Positions 1 to 7,673 of a stretch of 56,224 nucleotides of DNA are shown piece after piece. The DNA lies in the NCBI GenBank assembly GCA_049454855.1, contig JBMUAQ010000002.1, positions 1 through 56,224 on the forward strand, written 5' to 3'. The position numbers and the translations under genes are program-made. The notes under the pieces were generated by a model that was not told the DNA's origin, did not search any database, and was given only the letters and a program-made list of their open reading frames with translations. This stretch comes from Ilumatobacteraceae bacterium (GTDB taxonomy: Bacteria; Actinomycetota; Acidimicrobiia; Acidimicrobiales; Ilumatobacteraceae). How positions within the stretch are numbered: position 1 is the first letter of the stretch; each line of letters opens with the position of its first letter.

Positions 1-1048
1 CGAGCTTCAGCTGCCCGGCCCTGTACATGTCGAGCAGCGCGGGGATGTCGGCGCGGGGGTTCAGGCTGCCGAAGATGGTGCCCTTGACCTCCTTGTTCCA
101 CATCGCCAGCTGGAAGAGGCTCATCTTCACGTCGGTTTCGGTCATGGGCGAGATGGCGGTGACCACGCACGTGCCGCCCTTGCCCACGAGTGCCATGGCC
201 TCCTCCATCATGTCGCCGTGGAGCACGCCGGGGGTGAGGATGACGCGGTCGGCCATCTCGCCCCAGGTGAGCTCGTTCACCGACTGCATCGCCTCGGCCA
301 TCGAAGCGAACGTGTGGGTGGCACCGAACTCCATGGCCTTCTCGCGCTTGAACTCGACAGGGTCGATGGCGATGACGCGCTTCGCACCCGCCATGCGTGC
401 ACCCTGCACCGCATTGATGCCGATGCCACCGATGCCCACCACGACAACCGTGTCGCCGGGCTGGGTGTCGGCGCGCTTCGTGGCCGAGCCCCAGCCGGTG
501 GCCACGCCGCAGCTCACGAGTGCGACGGCCTCGAGGGGGAGGTCGGGCTCCACCTTGATGAGCGACGCCTCTGCAACGCACGCGTACTCGCTGAAGGTGC
601 CGAGCTTGGCCATCATCGTGAGCGGCGTGCCGTCACTGTCGAAGTGACGCGGCGTGCCGTCGGTGATCATGTGGCCCATCAGCGTGCCCGCGCCGAAGTT
701 GCACAGGTTCTGGCGTCCGGTGGAGCAGTAGCGGCAGCGACCGCACGACGGAACGAAGCTTGCCGACACGTGGTCACCCGGCTTCACCGAGGTGACGTTG
801 GCGCCAACCTCCATCACGATTCCTGCGCCCTCGTGGCCGCCGACGAACGGGAAGAACTTCGCGCCCATGAGGTCGAGGAGGTCCTGGGGCGGCACCATGT
901 CGCCGGTGACGAAGTGCTCGTCTGAGTGGCACATGCCTGCCACCTTCCAGTTCACCAGCACCTCGTTCGCCTTCGGCGGGTCGACCTGGATCTCCTCCAC
1001 CTGCCAGGGCTGCTCGAGCCCCCTCAGCACTGCTGCACGTGACTTCAT
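1..1048 (-). CDS. Zn-dependent alcohol dehydrogenase of the mycofactocin-associated (NDMA-dependent, nicotinoprotein) type. The 3' end runs off the window.
   Basis: Absent from the ORF track because there is no stop in the window. My minus-strand translation from the ATG (complement of 1046-1048) reads MKSRAAVLRGLEQPWQVEEIQVDPPKANEVLVNWKVAGMCHSDEH..GGHEGAGIV..SCGRCRYC..VVGIGGIGINAVQGARMAGAKRVIAIDPVEFKREKAMEFGATH. It is clearly a paralog of the next gene. Confidence 0.85.
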   Translation of the reverse strand, partial: MKSRAAVLRGLEQPWQVEEIQVDPPKANEVLVNWKVAGMCHSDEHFVTGDMVPPQDLLDLMGAKFFPFVGGHEGAGIVMEVGANVTSVKPGDHVSASFVPSCGRCRYCSTGRQNLCNFGAGTLMGHMITDGTPRHFDSDGTPLTMMAKLGTFSEYACVAEASLIKVEPDLPLEAVALVSCGVATGWGSATKRADTQPGDTVVVVGIGGIGINAVQGARMAGAKRVIAIDPVEFKREKAMEFGATHTFASMAEAMQSVNELTWGEMADRVILTPGVLHGDMMEEAMALVGKGGTCVVTAISPMTETDVKMSLFQLAMWNKEVKGTIFGSLNPRADIPALLDMYRAGQLKL

Positions 1049-1106
1049 GTTCCTCTGCTCCCCTGTTCCGTGTTTCCTGTGTCGTTCTTCTCGGTGTCGT
1101 TCTGTG

Positions 1107-2222
1107 TCAGTCGTACACCAGGACGCCGCGGATGTTCTTCCCGTCGCGCATGTCCTGGTACCCCTCGTTCACGCCCTCGAGCGGGTACGTCTTCGTGACG
1201 AGCCCGTCGAGATCGAGCAGACCCTCGCGGTACAGACCGGCCAGCTTCGGGATGTCGTGGCGCGGGTTGCCCGAGCCGAACAGCGAGCCGACCAGCTGCT
1301 TCTCCATCAGAGTGAGATCCAGCAGGCTGATGGCCGCTCCCTTGGTCTCGAGCGCGGGGTGGATGTTGGTGACCACCACGCGTCCGCGCTTCGAGGTGAG
1401 GGCCATCGCCTCCCCCATCACGCCGCCATCGCCGACGCCCATGGTCATGATGACCTTGTTCGCCATGGTGCCCCAGGTGACGTCCTGCACCAGCGAGAAC
1501 GCCTCGGCCATCGAGGAGGCAGTGTGCGTGGCACCGAACTCCATCGCCTTCTCGCGCTTGTACTCCACCGGGTCGATCGCAATGATGCGCTTCGCACCCG
1601 CGAGCCGGGCGCCCTGGATGGCGTTCGCACCGATTCCGCCGACGCCCACCACGCACACGGTGTCACCGGGGGTGACGTCGGCCGCATACACGGCCGATCC
1701 CCATCCGGTCACCACGCCGCAGCCGAGCAGGCACGCCTTGTCGAGCGGCATGTCGTTGTCGATCTTGATGCAGGACGCCTCGTGCACCACCGTGTGGTGC
1801 GCGAACGTGCCGAGGAGGCACATGAGTCCGAGGTCCTGGCCGTTCGCATGGTGCCGCGACGTGCCGTCGGCAATCTGACGGCCGATGCCCATCGCCGCCC
1901 CGAGGTCGCAGAGGTTCTGGCGACCGTTCGAGCAGCTGGGGCATTTCCCGCACGACGGGATGAACCCGAACACCACATGGTCACCGGGAGCCAGCCACGA
2001 GACGCCCTCGCCCACCTGCTGGACGACTCCTGCACCCTCGTGGCCGCCGATTATCGGCAGCGCGAACGGGAGGTCGCCGGTGACGAGATGCTCGTCGGAG
2101 TGGCACATGCCCGATGCCGCGATCTTCACGAGCACCTCGCCCGGGCCCGGCGGGTCGAGCTCGATCTCCTCGACGCTCCACGGGGCACCGACCTCCCACA
2201 GGACTGCTGCCTTCGTCTTCAT
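1107..2222 (-). CDS. Zn-dependent alcohol dehydrogenase, mycofactocin-associated (NDMA-dependent, nicotinoprotein) type
   Basis: ORF 1107..2453(-) trimmed to the internal ATG (complement of 2220-2222). Motifs: MKTKAAVLWEVGAPWSVEEIELD, GMCHSDEH, GGHEGAGVV, CGKCPSC, VVGVGGIGANAIQGARLAGAKRIIAIDPVEYKREKAMEFGATH. Divergent from mftA. Confidence 0.9.
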   Translation of the reverse strand: MKTKAAVLWEVGAPWSVEEIELDPPGPGEVLVKIAASGMCHSDEHLVTGDLPFALPIIGGHEGAGVVQQVGEGVSWLAPGDHVVFGFIPSCGKCPSCSNGRQNLCDLGAAMGIGRQIADGTSRHHANGQDLGLMCLLGTFAHHTVVHEASCIKIDNDMPLDKACLLGCGVVTGWGSAVYAADVTPGDTVCVVGVGGIGANAIQGARLAGAKRIIAIDPVEYKREKAMEFGATHTASSMAEAFSLVQDVTWGTMANKVIMTMGVGDGGVMGEAMALTSKRGRVVVTNIHPALETKGAAISLLDLTLMEKQLVGSLFGSGNPRHDIPKLAGLYREGLLDLDGLVTKTYPLEGVNEGYQDMRDGKNIRGVLVYD

Positions 2223-2255
2223 GGCCACAAACCCCCTCCGGCACCGGGCGACACG

Positions 2256-2292
2256 GCCGGCACCACTTGCGTGCCGGCACAATCGCCGGCAC
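2256..2292. promoter_or_regulatory. Operator-like inverted repeat in the divergent ADH/mftA promoter region
   Basis: GCCGGCAC (2256-2263), 7-nt spacer, GTGCCGGC (2271-2278) form a perfect inverted repeat. A third GCCGGCAC copy lies at 2285-2292. All sit inside the 136-bp intergenic region 2223-2358. Confidence 0.35.
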
Positions 2293-2358
2293 GCCGCCGA
2301 CACTACTTGCGGTTCCGGAGGGGGCACCAACGGGGCCGGCGTGGCTACTGTGGATGCC

Positions 2359-2469
2359 ATGGAACAGGACACCCCACAGGAGCCCACGTCCGTGGCCGCG
2401 GAGAGCGACGTCGTCGAGGAACTGCTTGTCGAGGAGATCTCCATCGACGGCATGTGCGGCGTCTACTGA
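2359..2469 (+). CDS. mftA: Mycofactocin precursor peptide MftA
   Basis: 36-aa ORF MEQDTPQEPTSVAAESDVVEELLVEEISIDGMCGVY with the hallmark IDGMCGVY C-terminus. It lies just upstream of mftB/mftC and is hidden inside the spurious track ORF 1885..2469. Confidence 0.9.
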   Translation: MEQDTPQEPTSVAAESDVVEELLVEEISIDGMCGVY

Positions 2470-2509
2470 TCCCGGCGCCGAACCCCGTTCTCTGCCCGGA
2501 CGCACCCGC

Positions 2510-2776
2510 GTGACCGCCACCCTCGATTCCGCCTGCTCGTTGCACCCCAGGGTTGCGGTGAGGCCCGAGCCGTTCGGTGCGCTCGCCTACCACTACGGCA
2601 ACAGGCGGCTCGTGTTCCTACGCCACCCCGACGTGGTCCGCGTGGTCACCTCCCTCGCCGACCACCCCAACGTGCGGGCCGCTCTCGAGGCGGCCGGCAT
2701 CGCCGAGGAGCGTTGGCCGGCATTCGTGAAGGCAATCGACTCGCTCACCCGTTCGGAGATCGTCGATGTCCTCTGA
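2510..2776 (+). CDS. mftB: Mycofactocin precursor-binding chaperone MftB (RRE protein)
   Basis: GTG at 2510, in frame with track ORF 2114..2776. Sequence VTATLDSACSLHPRVAVRPEPFGALAYHYGNRRLVFLRHPDVV... Overlaps the mftC start by 11 nt. Confidence 0.85.
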   Translation: MTATLDSACSLHPRVAVRPEPFGALAYHYGNRRLVFLRHPDVVRVVTSLADHPNVRAALEAAGIAEERWPAFVKAIDSLTRSEIVDVL

Positions 2777-3902
2777 GACACTCGTAGACCAGATGAAGCA
2801 GGGCCTCGACGCCCCCATCTGTCTCACCTGGGAACTCACGTACGCGTGCAACCTCGAGTGCATCCACTGCCTGAGCAGCAGCGGGCGGCGTGACCCGCGC
2901 GAGCTCACCACGGAGCAGTGCGTCGCCGTGATCGACGAGCTGCGCCGGCTGCAGGTGTTCTACGTGAACATCGGGGGCGGCGAGCCGATGATCCGCCGCG
3001 ATTTCTTCGACATCGTGAACCATGCCGTCAACGGCGGCGTGGGCGTGAAGTTCTCCACGAACGGGGCGTTCATCGACCGGAAGGCCGCACGCCGCCTCGC
3101 CTCGATGGACTACCTCGACATCCAGGTCAGTCTCGACGGAACCGACGCGGCGACGAACGACGCCGTGCGCGGCGCCGGCTCGTTCGACACCGCGATGACC
3201 GCGATGCGCAACCTCAGCGACGCCGGCTTCGGCCCGTTCAAGATCTCGGTGGTCGTCACCCGGCACAACGTCGACCAGCTCGACGGCTTCAAGGCCCTCG
3301 CGGATTCCTTCGGCGCACAGCTGCGCGTCACGCGCCTGCGCCCCGCCGGCCGCGGTGCGGATTCGTGGCACCAACTGCACCCCACCAACGCGCAGCAGCG
3401 GCAGATCTACAACTGGCTGCTCGCGCACGGCGAGAACGTGCTCACCGGTGACTCCTTCTTCCACCTGAACGCACTCGGTGACCCGCTGCCCGGGCTGAAC
3501 ATGTGCGGTGCCGGTCGCGTGGTGTGCCTGATTGACCCCGTCGGCGACGTGTACGCGTGCCCGTTCGTGATCCACGAGGAGTTCAGGGCGGGCAACGTGC
3601 TGGCTCCCGGTGGGTTCACCTCGGTGTGGCGGGAGAGCGAACTCTTCCGTTCGCTGCGCGAACCGCAGAGTGCCGGGGCGTGCGCCTCGTGCGGCGCGTA
3701 CGATGCATGCCAGGGCGGCTGCATGGCGGCGAAGTTCTTCACCGGCCTGCCGCTAGACGGCCCCGACCCGGAGTGCGTGGGCGGCGACGGCGAGACACTG
3801 CTTGCGTCGGTGCCCGTTGCCCTGGCGCCGCGCCCTAGCCCCGACCACTCGAAGCCGCAGCGTGCGGCACGGCCCGGCATCCTCGTCGGGGGCGGCAACT
3901 GA
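2766..3902 (+). CDS. mftC: Mycofactocin radical SAM maturase MftC (radical SAM/SPASM)
   Basis: CxxxCxxC motif in WELTYACNLECIHC, then GGGEP. Cys-rich SPASM C-terminus (CGAGRVVCLIDPVGDVYACPF, CASCGAYDACQGGC). Confidence 0.95.
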   Translation: MSSETLVDQMKQGLDAPICLTWELTYACNLECIHCLSSSGRRDPRELTTEQCVAVIDELRRLQVFYVNIGGGEPMIRRDFFDIVNHAVNGGVGVKFSTNGAFIDRKAARRLASMDYLDIQVSLDGTDAATNDAVRGAGSFDTAMTAMRNLSDAGFGPFKISVVVTRHNVDQLDGFKALADSFGAQLRVTRLRPAGRGADSWHQLHPTNAQQRQIYNWLLAHGENVLTGDSFFHLNALGDPLPGLNMCGAGRVVCLIDPVGDVYACPFVIHEEFRAGNVLAPGGFTSVWRESELFRSLREPQSAGACASCGAYDACQGGCMAAKFFTGLPLDGPDPECVGGDGETLLASVPVALAPRPSPDHSKPQRAARPGILVGGGN

Positions 3903-3903
3903 C

Positions 3904-4494
3904 ATGGACATCCTCGTCACCGTCGCTGTCGTCGTTGTCTCCTACTTCCTCGGCACCATCCCGAGCGCGATCGTGGTCGCACGGTCGAAGGGAGTCGACA
4001 TCACCACCTTCGGCAGCGGCAACCCCGGTGCCAGCAACGTGGGACGGGCCCTCGGCGCGAAGTGGGGCATCCTCGTGTTCGTCATCGATGCCGCGAAGGG
4101 TGCGGTGCCCACCGCCCTGATGCTGGGTGACCGCAAGGTTGCATACATGTGCGGCGCGGCCGCGATCGTGGGCCACATCTTCCCCGTCACGCGGCGCCTG
4201 AAGGGCGGCAAGGGCATCGCCACGGGTGGCGGTGTGGTGCTCGCGCTCTTCCCCGCGGTGCTGGCCGCTGCGCTCGCCACCTGGCTGGTGCTGATGAAGA
4301 CCACGAAGAAGGCATCGGTCGGCTCGATCATCGCGGTTCCCGTGGTGGTGGCCGGTCTGTTCGTCGTGGGCCCGCCCGCCTGGGAGATATGGAGCATGGT
4401 CGGCCTCGCCCTGCTCGTGGAGGTGCGCCACCTCGGCAACATCAAGCGCCTCTTTGCCGGGTCGGAACCACCGGTGACGGGAACCCGGTCGTAA
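3904..4494 (+). CDS. plsY: Glycerol-3-phosphate acyltransferase PlsY
   Basis: ORF 3802..4494 trimmed to ATG 3904 (MDILVTVAVVVVSYFLGTIPSA). Motifs GSGNPGASNVGR, GHIFP, GGKGIATGGG. Starts 1 nt after the mftC stop. Confidence 0.9.
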   Translation: MDILVTVAVVVVSYFLGTIPSAIVVARSKGVDITTFGSGNPGASNVGRALGAKWGILVFVIDAAKGAVPTALMLGDRKVAYMCGAAAIVGHIFPVTRRLKGGKGIATGGGVVLALFPAVLAAALATWLVLMKTTKKASVGSIIAVPVVVAGLFVVGPPAWEIWSMVGLALLVEVRHLGNIKRLFAGSEPPVTGTRS

Positions 4495-4504
4495 TCTCGG
4501 GACC

Positions 4505-5128
4505 GTGCTGCCGGTCATCGACTCCTTCTTCGACTGGCTGAAGGACTACTCCGGCTCGCCGTGGTTCTACGTGGTCATCTTCGCGGTTGCGGTGCTCGAC
4601 AGCGTCGTGCCGATCGTGCCGAGCGAGACCATGGTGATCATCGGCGGTGTCAGCGCCGGCCTGCACGACCTCTTCTGGCCGTTCGTGGTGGCGGTTGCGG
4701 CAGGCGGTGCCTTCACCGGTGACCTGCTCAGCTACACCATCGGCAGGAAGGCGTCGAACTGGTTCGAGCGCAGGTACAACAGCACGGAGAAGGGGGCACG
4801 GCGCCTGCAGTGGGCGCGTGACCAGGTGGAGAAGCGCGGCGGCGAGCTGCTGATCACGGCACGCTTCATCCCGGGAGGGCGCACCCTGCTCACCCTCACG
4901 TGCGGCATCACCGGACAGCCGCGACGGTGGTTCATGCGCTGGATCGGTGTTGCCGCCACGGTGTGGGGCACGTACGCCACGATGCTCGGGTTCATCGGCG
5001 GCCGCACGTTCCAGGACAGCCACACGAAGGCATTCCTCGTCGCGTTCGCCACCGCAATCGGTGTCACTGCGTTCAACGAGCTCGTGCGGTTCGTGTGGAA
5101 GCGCACCCGTCGCCGCAGCGCGGCATGA
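4505..5128 (+). CDS. DedA/VTT-family integral membrane protein
   Basis: GTG start. Motifs FAVAVLDSVVPIVPSETMVIIGG and ARFIPGGRTLLTLTCG, typical of DedA. Its stop overlaps the mftE ATG (ATGA). Confidence 0.85.
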   Translation: MLPVIDSFFDWLKDYSGSPWFYVVIFAVAVLDSVVPIVPSETMVIIGGVSAGLHDLFWPFVVAVAAGGAFTGDLLSYTIGRKASNWFERRYNSTEKGARRLQWARDQVEKRGGELLITARFIPGGRTLLTLTCGITGQPRRWFMRWIGVAATVWGTYATMLGFIGGRTFQDSHTKAFLVAFATAIGVTAFNELVRFVWKRTRRRSAA

Positions 5129-5784
5129 GCGCCGACCGCAGGTCGCGGCTTCTCGTGGTGCCGGTCGGTTCGTTCGAACAGCACGGCGCGCACCTGCCCC
5201 CCTCCACTGATTCGCTCATCATCACCGCGGTTGCCGGGGCGGCGTGCACAGGCCACGGGGCCACCCTGGGGCCCACGGTGAACGTGACCGCGAGCGACGA
5301 GCATGCGGGCTTCGCCGGCACCCTCAGCATCGGCACCGACCTCACGGCCGCCACCCTGGTTTCGATTGCGACATCGGCAACGGGGTGGACGGACGGGGTG
5401 TTGTTCGCGAACGGCCACGGCGGCAACGCCGATGCGCTCGCAATGGCAACCGAGGAACTGTCGCTTCGGGGCGTGCCGCACGACGTGTGGTCGCTTCCCG
5501 CATACGACGGTGCCGACATGCATGCGGGTCTCACCGAGACCAGCGTGATGCTGCACCTCCACCCGGACCTCGTGCGCATGGACCTTGCGCGGCCAGGCAA
5601 CACCGGCGGTGCCGCCGACCTCATGCCGGCGATGCGTGCAGGAGGTGTGCGCGCCGTTTCGACGAGCGGGGTGCTCGGTGACCCCACCGGTGCAACCGCC
5701 GCGCACGGCCGAGCCGTGTTCACGATGTGGGTCGGTTCGCTGTCGAACCGCATCGACGGGCAGACGGCAGGGCGGCAGGGGTGA
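5125..5784 (+). CDS. mftE: Mycofactocin peptidase MftE (creatininase family)
   Basis: ORF 4900..5784 trimmed to ATG 5125. Sequence MSADRRSRLLVVPVGSFEQHGAHLPPSTD..ANGHGGN..HAGLTETS. Confidence 0.85.
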   Translation: MSADRRSRLLVVPVGSFEQHGAHLPPSTDSLIITAVAGAACTGHGATLGPTVNVTASDEHAGFAGTLSIGTDLTAATLVSIATSATGWTDGVLFANGHGGNADALAMATEELSLRGVPHDVWSLPAYDGADMHAGLTETSVMLHLHPDLVRMDLARPGNTGGAADLMPAMRAGGVRAVSTSGVLGDPTGATAAHGRAVFTMWVGSLSNRIDGQTAGRQG

Positions 5785-7151
5785 ACCACGACGGCAGCAC
5801 CGTGCTGCATGCCGACCGGCGGTGGTGGCGCTCGCGTGACCGGCACGGTGTGCTCGCCGGGAGCCCGGGAACGTTCATTCGTGTGTCGGAGAACGGCGTC
5901 CCGTTGCTCGACTCCGTGGAGGCCGCCCGTCCGGTCGGGCGCTCGGTGCTGACCTCCCGGCTCGTGGCAACCGGGGCCGCCCACCCCGAGCCTGGCGCAC
6001 CCGCAGCGGCCACCGACGTGACTGTGGTGGTGCCGGTGTTCGCAGACGGAACCGACACCGTGCAGCGTGTACAGCAGGTTGTGGACTCGCTCGCGCCACT
6101 CGCCGTGATCGTGGTGGACGACTGCTCGCCCGTCAACGTCGATGTGCGCCGCGCCACCGTGGTGCGACGCGACGCGAACGGGGGCCCGGGCGCGGCACGC
6201 AACAGCGGCCTCGCGTCCGTGGGCACACCGGTGGTCGCGTTCGTCGACAGTGACGTGCAGGCCACCGCAGCCGACATCCTCCGGCTCACCGGGCACCTCG
6301 CCGATGCACAGGTGTCGCTCGTGGCACCGAGGGTGACCTCGCGTGACGGACGCCGCGCGGTGGAGCAGTACGACGCACTCTGCAGCCCGCTCGACATGGG
6401 CCCGCACCCCGCATCGGTGCGGCCGCGTTCGCATGTTCCCTACGTGCCCACTGCGGTTCTCGTGGCCCGCACCGACATCGCGCGGGAGGGCTTCGACGAG
6501 GGCCTGCGCAGTGGTGAGGACGTGGAGTTCGTGTGGCGCTCGGTGGCCGCGGGCAACGTCTGCATCTATGACCCCGCGGTCACCTGCACCCACGAGCCGC
6601 GCCGCGGCATCGCCGCGATGGTTGCCCAGCGCTTCAGTTACGGCCGCAGTGCCGCGGGCATCGACTCGCGCATGCCGTGGTCTGTTGCACCGGTGCAGGC
6701 GCACGTGTTCCACGTTTCGCCGCTTGCGCTCCTTCTCGCAGGCCAGATGCCGTGGGCAGTCGCAGCCCTCGCGGTGTCGGTGGCGTGGACATTCGTGGCG
6801 CTGCGCGGCATGGGGCTCACGGCCCGCAACAGGCTGGAGGTGGCGCGGCTGTCGGTGTCGTCGGCATCAGGTTCGCTGGCGCGTGCGGTGTGCAGGGAGT
6901 GGTGGCCGGCGTTCGCCGTCGCCTCCGCCTTCGGGCCCTCGTTCACGGTTGCGCTGTTCGTGCCGCTGTCGGCGCTGATGCTCATCGACATCAGGCGTTC
7001 GCGTCCGTCGAACCAGGCGCTCTTCCTTGGAATGCGGATCCTCGACTGGGCTGCCTACGGCGCGGGGGTGTGGGTGGGTGCGGTCGCTCGGCGCTCGCCG
7101 CGCTGTCTGCTTCCGCGTCTCAGCGTGAGGCGGTCTGCACGCGCCGCGTGA
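5781..7151 (+). CDS. mftF: Mycofactocin glycosyltransferase MftF (GT2 domain plus C-terminal TM segments)
   Basis: GTG 5781 overlaps the mftE TGA (GTGA). Motifs VVVPVFADG, VVDDCSP, GGPGAARNSG, FVDSD, GEDVEF. Hydrophobic C-terminal third. Confidence 0.85.
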   Translation: MNHDGSTVLHADRRWWRSRDRHGVLAGSPGTFIRVSENGVPLLDSVEAARPVGRSVLTSRLVATGAAHPEPGAPAAATDVTVVVPVFADGTDTVQRVQQVVDSLAPLAVIVVDDCSPVNVDVRRATVVRRDANGGPGAARNSGLASVGTPVVAFVDSDVQATAADILRLTGHLADAQVSLVAPRVTSRDGRRAVEQYDALCSPLDMGPHPASVRPRSHVPYVPTAVLVARTDIAREGFDEGLRSGEDVEFVWRSVAAGNVCIYDPAVTCTHEPRRGIAAMVAQRFSYGRSAAGIDSRMPWSVAPVQAHVFHVSPLALLLAGQMPWAVAALAVSVAWTFVALRGMGLTARNRLEVARLSVSSASGSLARAVCREWWPAFAVASAFGPSFTVALFVPLSALMLIDIRRSRPSNQALFLGMRILDWAAYGAGVWVGAVARRSPRCLLPRLSVRRSARAA

Positions 7152-7614
7152 TGTCCGCGCAGTCCAGGCACACCGATTCCGGCACGAGGCCCACCTTCAT
7201 CAGCTGCGCGAAGATCGCGCACCCGAGGCAGTAGCCGAGCGCCGCCTCGAGTGTGGCGGCAAACACCAGCATCACGATCGTCACCTGGGAGGCACCCTCG
7301 AGCCCGAGCAACCAGAGCACCGACGCTGTCGCAGTGAACGCGAGACCCATCGACTGGGCGAAGCGCTTCGGCGGCCCGGCGACGAAACGGTGCTCGAAGC
7401 GCAGGCGCGGGGTGACCACGTCGACAGCGAGACGACCGAGCGGGCTGAACCGCGGCCCGGCGAGAACTCGCGCGATGAACCCGTACGTCAGCGGAACGAG
7501 AAGCCATGCCCAACCGGTGACGAGGAATGCGACGCTCATCGCCACCACGCCACCGGCCACGATGCGGGCGCTGGTGTCGTTGACGGGGTTCGGGAAGGAG
7601 AAGATCTTTGCCAC
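7120..7614 (-). CDS. DUF4395-like small membrane protein
   Basis: 164 aa, about 4 TM segments, C-terminal CLGCAIF..CLDC. The convergent 3' end overlaps mftF by 32 nt. Confidence 0.65.
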   Translation of the reverse strand: MAKIFSFPNPVNDTSARIVAGGVVAMSVAFLVTGWAWLLVPLTYGFIARVLAGPRFSPLGRLAVDVVTPRLRFEHRFVAGPPKRFAQSMGLAFTATASVLWLLGLEGASQVTIVMLVFAATLEAALGYCLGCAIFAQLMKVGLVPESVCLDCADITRRVQTASR

Positions 7615-7673
7615 GGGGCCACGCTACGCAGTAAAACCCGACCAAACAACTCAGGATTAGCGATGGCTACCCT

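Noticed and set aside
792-2513. 573-aa plus-strand ORF (and 1039..1878, 1885..2469) covering the ADH region
   Set aside because: It is antisense to two ADH genes that carry clear Zn-ADH motifs. The translation is Arg/His/Ala-rich low complexity, typical of wrong-frame reading in GC-rich DNA. Only the last 36 codons of 1885..2469 (mftA) are real.
5073-6713. 546-aa minus-strand ORF opposite mftE/mftF
   Set aside because: It is antisense to genes with recognisable creatininase and GT2 motifs, and has no motifs of its own. This is a GC-bias artefact.
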